Origin: a virus
IMG/VR virus record: IMGVR_UViG_3300029915_000003
Reading direction: 5' to 3' (one strand)
DNA length: 64,000 bases
This document shows, piece by piece, positions 9,230 to 18,100 of this stretch (position 1 is its first letter; the number at the start of each line of letters is the position of its first letter). Position numbers and translations under genes: made by a program. Below the pieces are notes generated by a model. That model ran no database searches. It saw only the letters and a program-made list of their open reading frames with translations, and was not told the origin of the DNA.

Positions 9230-10457
9230 GTTTTCTCGTATAACAGGTATTTTAGGTGTAATTGGTCTTATAGCTATAGGGGCCGTTGGTTTTAGGTTTA
9301 AGGACGCTATTGCTGCGGCTACTGGTATTAATACCCAACAAGCTATAACCGCTGCTCCTGTTGCTATGAATATGTCCGGTTTGGATGCAGGAGAAGGGGT
9401 TAGTGTAGCTTTTGCCAAGGCCGATCACGTACACCCTATATCCGGTATATTGTCTCCAATTAACGGAGGGACTGGTCTAAGTGTGGATTCTGGCACCTTC
9501 ATAATGACCAACGCTTTGGATGGAGGACAAATTAATGTACAAGCATACATAACTGGTAAAACAGATTATACCCAACAAAGTACCACAATGACCGTAATAG
9601 GTGGTCTTGGTTCAAATGACGGTATGGACATTTTCGGTGGAGACTCAACAGATGGAGGTCAATCTGGTTTCGGCCTAGTCATTTGGGCTGGTAACTCCAA
9701 TGGTGGCTCCGACTTAAACGCAGACGGAGGGGTCGGAGGTAGCGCCTTTTTGGCCTTCGGAACAGGAGAAGCTCAAGGACTTACAGGTATTGGTGGTCCC
9801 AGGAACGGATGGGGACTTTTAGGATATGGTGGTTGCCAAGGAGAATTCTACTATTGTGGAGCTATTGCTTCTGAATACGTAGGAGATGGAGTTGAAGGTT
9901 ATGGTTATGGGGGTAACGGTTATTACGGTGTAAGAGGTATTGGAGGTACCCTAACAGATGGAGGTGGAACCACTACAGGAGTAAGAGGTGATGGTTCTCA
10001 GGCTGGAGGTAATGGAGGTCAGTTCTACGCTCACGGTGGTAATTATGCTGGTATTATAACTCAAGGTGGTCCAGATGGTGGTCCAGGAGCATATATAATT
10101 GGTGGAACCGATGGTGGAGCAGCTTTAGTGTTGTCTCCAAATTCTGGTCCAGCAATTGCAATGCTCCCAACAGCCCCTCCAATGAGTCCAACCACAAATG
10201 GTTATATTTATCAAGATAATGTATTAAATTCATTTATGGTAGGAGATGGCACCTATTCCTACCGTATGCCTAAATGCAAAGTTCACGCTCTTAATGGTTC
10301 GGGTATTTACACCCAAAGTGTTGAAACAGGATCTACCGGATGCTCCGTTACGGACCAAGATAACGCTATTGCTGGTAAATGCAAAATAGCAGCAACCACT
10401 CTTACCGTAACAATACCCGGTGGAGCTTCAGACAATATAAACCTCTGTTACCAATAA
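9210..10457 (+). CDS. Gly-rich fibre-like protein with N-terminal signal/TM segment
   Basis: Hydrophobic N-terminus, AKADHVHP tail-fibre-type motif, many xDGG motifs. Confidence 0.55.
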   Translation: MSITHIKFSRITGILGVIGLIAIGAVGFRFKDAIAAATGINTQQAITAAPVAMNMSGLDAGEGVSVAFAKADHVHPISGILSPINGGTGLSVDSGTFIMTNALDGGQINVQAYITGKTDYTQQSTTMTVIGGLGSNDGMDIFGGDSTDGGQSGFGLVIWAGNSNGGSDLNADGGVGGSAFLAFGTGEAQGLTGIGGPRNGWGLLGYGGCQGEFYYCGAIASEYVGDGVEGYGYGGNGYYGVRGIGGTLTDGGGTTTGVRGDGSQAGGNGGQFYAHGGNYAGIITQGGPDGGPGAYIIGGTDGGAALVLSPNSGPAIAMLPTAPPMSPTTNGYIYQDNVLNSFMVGDGTYSYRMPKCKVHALNGSGIYTQSVETGSTGCSVTDQDNAIAGKCKIAATTLTVTIPGGASDNINLCYQ

Positions 10458-10479
10458 TAGACCCCAATTTTAAGGGAAT

Positions 10480-12597
10480 ATGGCTAATGACACTTTAGAG
10501 AAAAATTGGAAGAGTGCCCTATTGGGTGGAGTTTTAGGAGCTGGACTTTTAGCTAACAACAGTATAGGTCACGAACCAGCCCTTCCCAAACCAATAGTTC
10601 AACCAAAGGTGGACTCACCTTGGTCTACTACCGGTTTGCATCCAGATTTATTGCCAATAGCCTTCCTAGAAAGTTCCGGGGGTAAATTTACCCAGCACCA
10701 ACCCCACTCGGGGGGTCCATACTACACGGCCTTTGGATCTGTGGGATTAAAACCCGTAAGTGCTCATGATTATTACCTAAAAAACAAACAAGTACAAGCT
10801 AAATATCCAGATCTTTCCGATAAGGATAAGTTCACTCAAAAACTAAAGACAGATCCAAAATTCTACAACGAAATGGCTTCAGACCTATGGACTCAAAACG
10901 CCAATAAGTTCAAAAACTCTTTACCTCATGCTGTTTATGCATGGCGACACGGACGCAAGGCGGCTATTGATGCAGGTAAAGAAACAGTACAAAATGATCC
11001 TTACGTTAAATCATATTTAGGATACCAATCTAAACAAAAAGACATGATACCTAAAGTTAAAGCCGTTAAGGCTCCAGAACACCCCAAAGGGATGACTTGT
11101 TCCGATGGTCAATGCTCGGTACCAAGTCATTACGATCCTGTAGCAGCCGCAAAATACGAAGAAAGCCTTGGCTTAAACAAAAGTCTAACAGAGGGTATGC
11201 TGTTTGATATATATATAAGCTGGGCGTTAGAAGAAGTTGAGGTGGAAGCTCAACTCTATGCCAAAGAAGGGAACACCCTCGCCTTACGTAATTTAGAAGA
11301 CAAAATTAAAGACGCCAATCAGTTATGGGAATCATTTTGCCTGAGGACCATGGGCGAAGTGATTTGTGTCGGAGGAATATCAGATGTGGGTAGAATCTTG
11401 TTGCACCAAGACTCTTTAGATGAATTACCGACAATTAAAAGCGAGATAGAGGCTATATTCGACTCTCCCGTAAGTATAGGAGCTGGTAGGGATTTAAAAG
11501 AATCCGACCAAGCCCTGTATATTTGCGCTAAAGAAACCCCTGGTAAAATAGTATTCTACACCCAAGAAATAGCATATAAAATCAAATTAATATCCGATTC
11601 TATGGCTAAATCCGAAAATGCCCCTGCGGCTCAAGCCAAGGAAGACGCTCAAGCTAAAAAAAGGAATTGGAAACAAGCCTTCTCTGCTCATGTCACTACC
11701 GCTGATCCATCTAAAAATTCCAATTGGCACAAAACGGGCTCTTTTAGAGGCAAGACTCATGCTGGTTTTATTCATGCCAAAGCCGGTGGGGATGTTCCAA
11801 GCGTACACAAGCCAAAGGCACCTGAACATACACCAGAAAGAGTTGCTGGACTCCGGAAGCCGAAGGATATTTTGAATGATTTAACCAACCTATCTGCCAA
11901 GGGTTCCGGTAAACCAAAAGAAGACATAGAAGGAATAAAAAAGAAGATAGTCAAACTCCTAGAAAACCTTAAATCAGAAGAACTAGAACAATTAAAAATA
12001 GCAAATCCAGACGCTTACGCTACGATTCTAAAGCTAATAGGAGCCATTACGTCCATCGGAAGGGCTCTTCCTGAAGCTCCAAGGGAGTCCAATGAAGACT
12101 GGGTACCACCACCCGCTCCAGCTCAAGTCGCCAAAACCGAAGATGTTAACATAGTACAGGCTGCATTCCTAGATAACACCAGCAAGGTTGTATATGGTAC
12201 TGGTTCTTGTCATGATATAAACTACTTACCTACCGAATACAACGAAAAAACCTATACGGAAGGTTTCCTTACAGATGAAAATGAATTCGTATCCAGAGAA
12301 GAAGCTGGGGGATTAAGATCTGAGGACGTATTCAAAACAAATGATTCCAAAGAGTTCCTTGCTAATTTGAATAAGGGGGGTATAAAGCTGCCATCAATTA
12401 AGGTGAAAAGGTTTATTCGTCCGAGCTATCCCATTGGAACAGAAAAACAAAACGGACTAGGAGTTCTAGAAATAAAGGTGCAACACTTAGGTCCGCAAGG
12501 CGAGCCAGGGGAAATAGGCTGGAACAAGATCGGCTCTGGCAAGATAATGGGTTCAGATGGCCACCCTATAAGTTCTCAAAATCAAAGAGCTAAATAA
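10480..12597 (+). CDS. multidomain internal virion protein: lytic transglycosylase-like + degenerate mCpol-like + small GFLT..FVSREEA domain
   Basis: IAFLESSGG..AFG..GL..AVYAW..G..YV (SLT/lysozyme-like); GEVICVGG..VSIGAG..L.E...AL..AK..GK (mCpol-like). Confidence 0.6.
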   Translation: MANDTLEKNWKSALLGGVLGAGLLANNSIGHEPALPKPIVQPKVDSPWSTTGLHPDLLPIAFLESSGGKFTQHQPHSGGPYYTAFGSVGLKPVSAHDYYLKNKQVQAKYPDLSDKDKFTQKLKTDPKFYNEMASDLWTQNANKFKNSLPHAVYAWRHGRKAAIDAGKETVQNDPYVKSYLGYQSKQKDMIPKVKAVKAPEHPKGMTCSDGQCSVPSHYDPVAAAKYEESLGLNKSLTEGMLFDIYISWALEEVEVEAQLYAKEGNTLALRNLEDKIKDANQLWESFCLRTMGEVICVGGISDVGRILLHQDSLDELPTIKSEIEAIFDSPVSIGAGRDLKESDQALYICAKETPGKIVFYTQEIAYKIKLISDSMAKSENAPAAQAKEDAQAKKRNWKQAFSAHVTTADPSKNSNWHKTGSFRGKTHAGFIHAKAGGDVPSVHKPKAPEHTPERVAGLRKPKDILNDLTNLSAKGSGKPKEDIEGIKKKIVKLLENLKSEELEQLKIANPDAYATILKLIGAITSIGRALPEAPRESNEDWVPPPAPAQVAKTEDVNIVQAAFLDNTSKVVYGTGSCHDINYLPTEYNEKTYTEGFLTDENEFVSREEAGGLRSEDVFKTNDSKEFLANLNKGGIKLPSIKVKRFIRPSYPIGTEKQNGLGVLEIKVQHLGPQGEPGEIGWNKIGSGKIMGSDGHPISSQNQRAK

Positions 12598-13340
12598 TGT
12601 TTACAGTAAAACTCAAAGCTCCAGACTTTGATAAGATAGCCAAAGATCTAGGAAGTGAGATAGACGAGCGTATCGATGGACTTGTATCAACTATGGCTCA
12701 AAAAGCATTTGATCATATAGTTGATATAGCCCAAGAGGAATTAAAGACTCTAAAAGATAAATATATAGAAGGTCTAGAAATAGAACAATTGACTCCAACC
12801 TCTTGGTTGATATCTATGACCGATAAATCAGGATGGATAGAAACTGGTCACGAACCAGGATTCCAAATGTTACCGGGCTTTTTAAACAGTCCTAAAGCAA
12901 AAACAGCCAAAGACGGTTCTAAATACCTAATCATACCAATGGAACATGCTACCGAAACTAGTCATTCCACCCAAAAAGGTCAAGAAACCAAAGACCTATT
13001 GAAGAGAGAACTCAGTCAAAGAGGAGTTCCTTTTACCGGTATAGAAAATGGCAACAACGGAAAACCAAAACTAGGAACTTTGCACAATTTCAACTTTGGA
13101 GGTCGCCAGGGGCTCACTGGTATTCCATATCTTCAAGGTGTGAGGATTAGTCAAAAACAAACCAATCAGGGCGTTAAACGGTCTATAATGACCTGGAGGA
13201 CCGCTTCTAGCAAGCAAAACCCATCGGAATATTGGGTTCTAGAGAATGGAACCAAAGGATTGGGTGCTTTTGACAAAACTGTGGATTGGATAGAACAAGA
13301 ATGGGAAAAATTGGTATTGGGAGAATTTGGTACCAGTTAG
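12597..13340 (+). CDS. putative neck/head-tail connector protein
   Basis: WIETG, KYLIIP, WRTAS..W..G motifs; position before the tail completion gene. Confidence 0.5.
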   Translation: MFTVKLKAPDFDKIAKDLGSEIDERIDGLVSTMAQKAFDHIVDIAQEELKTLKDKYIEGLEIEQLTPTSWLISMTDKSGWIETGHEPGFQMLPGFLNSPKAKTAKDGSKYLIIPMEHATETSHSTQKGQETKDLLKRELSQRGVPFTGIENGNNGKPKLGTLHNFNFGGRQGLTGIPYLQGVRISQKQTNQGVKRSIMTWRTASSKQNPSEYWVLENGTKGLGAFDKTVDWIEQEWEKLVLGEFGTS

Positions 13341-13672
13341 TCTTTAGGGGTATTGTACTTAAAACCCACCATACTCAATAAGTCACTAACATCCCTAATA
13401 CTTAAGGCATCGCTAGGATTGTCTGAGTCAAATTCGGAAATTATTGAGTTAATTAGCTTAATAACCTTATTAACAGCTTTTTGCTTGAAAACCATACGAT
13501 AATGAGTAGAACATGGTCGCCCTAAGGCCACTTGTACTTCTATGGATTTCCTAAGTAAATTACCCCGCTGCACTGGCTCTCTGTAAGCCTTAAGAAAATC
13601 CTTAAAACAAGACAAAATATAAGCTTCCTTAAACTCTGGTGGCTTTAACTGTTCGGGCATATCTAATAACAT
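13337..13672 (-). CDS. hypothetical protein inserted antisense in the virion operon
   Basis: Fills the 13340-13694 gap; own sigma70-like promoter upstream; ATG at 13672. Confidence 0.6.
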   Translation of the reverse strand: MLLDMPEQLKPPEFKEAYILSCFKDFLKAYREPVQRGNLLRKSIEVQVALGRPCSTHYRMVFKQKAVNKVIKLINSIISEFDSDNPSDALSIRDVSDLLSMVGFKYNTPKD

Positions 13673-13680
13673 TGCTAGCA

Positions 13681-13710
13681 ATCTTAGTCTACAATGACCA
13701 CAAATGTCAA
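13681..13710 (-). promoter_or_regulatory. sigma70-like promoter TTGACA-18-TAAGAT
   Basis: Perfect -35 at 13710-13705; -10 at 13686-13681; 8 nt before ATG 13672. Confidence 0.55.
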
Positions 13711-14707
13711 TACAGTTTCGGTAGATTCGCCTCCTTTGGCGACACCTCAATTGCTATCCAACACAGAAACCAGGGGTATTGTAGATACTTCTTGGGTATT
13801 GCGCACCGCTATTATGGCTGGTTTGGAAGATATACGCCAAAATCCAGAACTAATCAATTATGCGCTTTCCAATCTTTTCTTAATAGACCCTATAACCAAT
13901 AAAGACATAAGAACCACTATTATAAATACTGCTAAGGACTGGATTCTTAACAGTAAAATCTCAGTGGTGCTTTACCCCAAATTAGACGAAGTGGAATTTC
14001 CTTGTGTAACTATTAATATACTGGATTCTGTTGAAGTCGAAAACCAATTAGGAGACATCCACTACAAACCGTCCCAAGAAGGGAATACAGTAGATCCGTA
14101 CCTATTGGGACCAATCACCACCTCTGCCTATAATGTAGATACCGGTGAAATCACTCTACCCGCCAGTGCTGGCTCTATATACAGTACAGAAAGAATGGCT
14201 GTAATTGGTACGGACGGAAAAGAAATACCCATAGTCAAATCTTGGTATGGAAGCAGTATTTTCATTCCTCCTAATACAAATCCGTCCCTAGTTAATATCA
14301 TAAGTGTAGGAACCGCCTCCCCTAACGCTAGGACGAGGTTGGAGTCTGCTAGATTCCTAGAGAAATTTACCATTGGATGCTTTGCTCAAGGCGAACCGTC
14401 TTATACTATTTATCTCAATAGCATAATTATGTTTGTTTTGTTAAGATATCGAGAAAATCTACTAGAAGCAAGAGGTTACGAACGTACCACCGTAAGTAAT
14501 GGAGCTTTAACCAGCTTTTCTCAATTTATAGAAGGCAAGGAAAACGTATTTGGCCGAAATATCAATATAAGTGGATATACTAATGTAGTTTGGCCTAAGT
14601 ATACCTCGATCGTTCTTAATAGTGTTGTGACTCAAGTTGTGGCTCAAGTAGTTGGAGAAACCCCATCCAATCCGGTGCCGGGGAATATCTTGTGGACTTC
14701 AAAATAA
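13694..14707 (+). CDS. putative tail completion/terminator protein
   Basis: FPCVTINI..S.E motif, similar to tail terminators; upstream of sheath. Confidence 0.5.
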   Translation: MTTNVNTVSVDSPPLATPQLLSNTETRGIVDTSWVLRTAIMAGLEDIRQNPELINYALSNLFLIDPITNKDIRTTIINTAKDWILNSKISVVLYPKLDEVEFPCVTINILDSVEVENQLGDIHYKPSQEGNTVDPYLLGPITTSAYNVDTGEITLPASAGSIYSTERMAVIGTDGKEIPIVKSWYGSSIFIPPNTNPSLVNIISVGTASPNARTRLESARFLEKFTIGCFAQGEPSYTIYLNSIIMFVLLRYRENLLEARGYERTTVSNGALTSFSQFIEGKENVFGRNINISGYTNVVWPKYTSIVLNSVVTQVVAQVVGETPSNPVPGNILWTSK

Positions 14708-14754
14708 AGCATTTTTTGGCCAAACAAAATTACCGGAATCTTAATTTTAAACAG

Positions 14755-15663
14755 ATGGACAAGATAAGATACCATATCTATATATTAAAACATCCTATTA
14801 CTAATGAAATTAGATACGTAGGACAAACGAAAAATACTCTCTCCAACAGACTATATGATCATTTATATGAAGCAAGGAAAAGAAAAAATCTAACATACAA
14901 AAATAATTGGGTGTTTTCATTGCTGCAAAAAGAATTAAAACCAAAAATAGAAATGTTAGATTATGCTTGGGGGATAGAAGAGGCAAATCAAATAGAAAAA
15001 ACATATATTAAAAGATTCAAAGAAATGGGAAAAAGATTAACCAATTCAACCACAGGAGGAGAGGGGCATGTACCAATTCCATTAACAGAAGAACAAAAAG
15101 ATAAGTATCGCAAACAAGTTATAGAATTAAATACAGGGAAAATTTACAAAAGCCAAACACATGCCGCTAAAGAATTGGGAGTTCTACCTTCAAGTATATC
15201 CGCCATATGCAAGGGAAAGCATGCTTCTATTCATGGTTATCGATTTCAATACGGGAACACGCCGGTCGATTACAAGAACCCACATAAAGCATTGAAAAGA
15301 CCAATAATTGAAGTAAAAAGTGGAATTAAATACAACAATACAAAGGAAGCTGCCGAAACACTAAAGTTAGACAAAAGCCATATATCTGCTGTTTTAAGAG
15401 GAGATCGTATTCAAACGGGTGGTTGTCAATTTAAATACGCAGACGACTCGTCCGTATTTGTATTAAGAAATAGGAAATTCAATAACAAAAAGATCATAGA
15501 GACAACCACAAATACAATTTATAACAGTATCAAAGAAGCGGCTTTAAAAAATAACCTTAAGCCATGTTCCCTGTCACAAGCAATTAACGGAAAAATCAAA
15601 AAGCTAAGATGTGGTCTTGTGTTTAAGTTTTTAATAGAAACACAACCAAACCGTAATATTTAA
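14755..15663 (+). CDS. GIY-YIG homing endonuclease with three NUMOD1/IENR1-type repeats
   Basis: IYILKHP..IRYVGQT, LTNSTTGGEG; 3x K.IIE...G..Y.S..EAA..L; start 14755 follows late motif. Confidence 0.88.
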   Translation: MDKIRYHIYILKHPITNEIRYVGQTKNTLSNRLYDHLYEARKRKNLTYKNNWVFSLLQKELKPKIEMLDYAWGIEEANQIEKTYIKRFKEMGKRLTNSTTGGEGHVPIPLTEEQKDKYRKQVIELNTGKIYKSQTHAAKELGVLPSSISAICKGKHASIHGYRFQYGNTPVDYKNPHKALKRPIIEVKSGIKYNNTKEAAETLKLDKSHISAVLRGDRIQTGGCQFKYADDSSVFVLRNRKFNNKKIIETTTNTIYNSIKEAALKNNLKPCSLSQAINGKIKKLRCGLVFKFLIETQPNRNI

Positions 15664-15669
15664 GGGTAT

Positions 15670-18069
15670 ATGTTCTTTAAATGGCGGCAGAATGATACAG
15701 CCAATATAGCTGGGGAGCCCACCCTTCACAGTACCGTTCCCCTAGGAACGAATGGGTCTAGTCATAGTGAATATGTTATCATGCGTTCACCTAAGACCCA
15801 AGGCTATACTTTAGGTCATTTCTTTGGGCATGATCCAAAGCACGAATTACATATTTTAGGTAATAATCACAAAGACATACCTTCTGCTCAAACAGCGGCC
15901 GTAGAAGATCATAAGCTAAATATAGCCAATCCAAACCGTTACGACAAACCGGTACAAGGTGAGCTTTTTCATAAGGCTGAAGCTAAAGACAAAAAGGAAG
16001 CCCCGAAGAAGAAGGCTCCATCTAAAAAGAACAAAGAAGAATCCAAACCGAAGACTTCTAAGCCTAAGGCTAAAAAAGAAGCCGAAAAAGAAACCAAGGC
16101 CAAGGAAGAAGCTCAAAAAGAGATAATCAAACCTAAAGAGGAAGCCGCTACTGAAGCGGCTCCAAAGGCAAAAGCAACGCCTAAAACCAAGAAACCGGCT
16201 GGGGAAAAGAAACCCAAAGCCAAACAAGCCTTTTCTTGGTTAAACGAATCCAAAGGTAAATCTCCTGCGGCTTTAAAGGTTAAAACCAAAGGTCCAGCCT
16301 CTAAAAATGTAGTAGTGGACCCAAACAAAGCTCCTCCAAAACCAACCATACAAAATACACCTACCTCTTCTACTCCCAATTGGATGGAAAGTCCAAACGA
16401 TCCTTTCCTTCAGGCTCCCACTGGAAAGAACGTCCCTCCTCGTCCGCAAGTAGCTAAACCGGCACCAGCCGATACTACTCCCGAATGGATGATGTCTCCT
16501 GACTCTAAAGGGCAACTGCCAGCTAAAAAACCAGTTGAGCCATGGTTTAAATCACCAGATCCAAAAGACAAAAGCGCCCCAACTCCTTTACAACCACGAA
16601 GGGTATCACCCTCTAGCTTAAGAGTCAATCCAGCTACAGATCCAAACAGTAAACCTCCGGCCTGGATGGAATCACCGGAAGATCCTTGGGCTATGTCGGC
16701 TCCAACAGGACAAGTCCCAATCAAACACCCCGCAGTTACTCCTTCTGCTCCCCAGACCGGAGAAGAGTGGCTTAAACCTCCATATGCGTTACCTCCTCCC
16801 CCTCCGGCCGATCATGACGCTCCAGACGTAGCTCCTGTTGCACCTCAAAGCACTCCATCTGTAGAACAAAACCCAGTAGAGGTGGAGGGGTATGATTATT
16901 CCCATTTATTAAATCCAAAACACAAAGAAAACGGTGTTGATTTAAGAGTATTCCATGAACCGGGTGGACATAAGGCCGTAATAAGTCATCATGGCAAGCC
17001 AGTAAGCTACATGAAGGCCAAATTCAATCCAGAAGATGGCACAACTACCGCTGGAGCCATGAAACTAGATCCAAGATATGCTGGTTCTGGACATGACAAG
17101 ATCATGCAACAAGCTGTTTTTACTCATGGTTTGAGTAGACCAAAAACACCCCATACTGATATTAAACCATTTAAAATCAAACCAGGGGCTACTTTTGATT
17201 TAAATACAAATAATTATCAAACTCCTTCATCTAATAAAAAATTAATGAGTCAACAAGCTGAGCCTGCATATTCTGAGGATTATGTAGAGAAAAAAGAATC
17301 ATTAAATAAATCCCAATCTTATAGTGAAGCAATTACCAATCAGGAGAACGCCTTGGAAGATCCTAAAGTAAATATCAACGAAATCAAGCAGGCTCTATAT
17401 AAAGCAGCCAAAGAAGAAATAGCTAATTACACCGTACAGCTAGAAAAACTGCGTAAGGCTGCTATGGATGGCGGGGCTATGGCCCCTGGAATGATGGCGG
17501 ATCCTGGAACTATGAATATGAATGAAAAATCCATGGAAAAGGTAGCCCCTCCTGGATTTGACGAAGCAACAATGCATAAGCTAAAAGCCAAATATGGGGT
17601 AGAGTCAGCTTTTAAAATTGCTTGGGCTGCTCACAACAAGAAAGACAATAAAAAGGATATGAGCAAGGATGAAGACTCTGTGTCCGGCTCAACCTTTCCC
17701 AAGGTAACTGGTATTGATGCGATCGATGCGGATACCGGTGGTGGTGAAGCTCCTGGAAAATCCAAGGAAATTAGTGCTTCTGGAGCGGGAGGATCTGTTA
17801 AGCCCTCAGTTCTTAAATCAGCCAAAGGTTTAATCAAAAACATCAAGAAGGGGATGGGTGGTGGACTAAAACCCCCAATGGCCCACGCTGGAAGTCCAAC
17901 TATTCCCTCCATGGGTGGTGGAATGGGCAAAGATGAAAAATCTATGGGTAAAACCCAAGAACCATCCGGCACAATTCCTGAAAAAACAATATCAGCTAAT
18001 GGCGAAAAGTCATGGAGCAAGGGAGCGGTAATTAAGAATTTAGCTTCTGCTCCAATTAAATCTGAATAA
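15670..18069 (+). CDS. large low-complexity probable internal head protein with W-x-x-SP repeats and a GNAT-like segment
   Basis: K/E/P-rich; WMESP/WMMSP/WFKSP repeats; LDPRYAGSG; many xxK|S/A/D sites. Confidence 0.55.
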   Translation: MFFKWRQNDTANIAGEPTLHSTVPLGTNGSSHSEYVIMRSPKTQGYTLGHFFGHDPKHELHILGNNHKDIPSAQTAAVEDHKLNIANPNRYDKPVQGELFHKAEAKDKKEAPKKKAPSKKNKEESKPKTSKPKAKKEAEKETKAKEEAQKEIIKPKEEAATEAAPKAKATPKTKKPAGEKKPKAKQAFSWLNESKGKSPAALKVKTKGPASKNVVVDPNKAPPKPTIQNTPTSSTPNWMESPNDPFLQAPTGKNVPPRPQVAKPAPADTTPEWMMSPDSKGQLPAKKPVEPWFKSPDPKDKSAPTPLQPRRVSPSSLRVNPATDPNSKPPAWMESPEDPWAMSAPTGQVPIKHPAVTPSAPQTGEEWLKPPYALPPPPPADHDAPDVAPVAPQSTPSVEQNPVEVEGYDYSHLLNPKHKENGVDLRVFHEPGGHKAVISHHGKPVSYMKAKFNPEDGTTTAGAMKLDPRYAGSGHDKIMQQAVFTHGLSRPKTPHTDIKPFKIKPGATFDLNTNNYQTPSSNKKLMSQQAEPAYSEDYVEKKESLNKSQSYSEAITNQENALEDPKVNINEIKQALYKAAKEEIANYTVQLEKLRKAAMDGGAMAPGMMADPGTMNMNEKSMEKVAPPGFDEATMHKLKAKYGVESAFKIAWAAHNKKDNKKDMSKDEDSVSGSTFPKVTGIDAIDADTGGGEAPGKSKEISASGAGGSVKPSVLKSAKGLIKNIKKGMGGGLKPPMAHAGSPTIPSMGGGMGKDEKSMGKTQEPSGTIPEKTISANGEKSWSKGAVIKNLASAPIKSE

Positions 18070-18100
18070 ATAGCAATCTTTAGAACGAGGATAAACAATT

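Noticed and set aside
4217-15663. Group I introns around the GIY-YIG and HNH genes
   Set aside because: Flanking genes appear complete and spacers are too short for intron cores
15916-16724. Antisense and alternative-frame ORFs overlapping long genes here and throughout
   Set aside because: Shadow ORFs of low-complexity coding sequence, with no motifs or start signals
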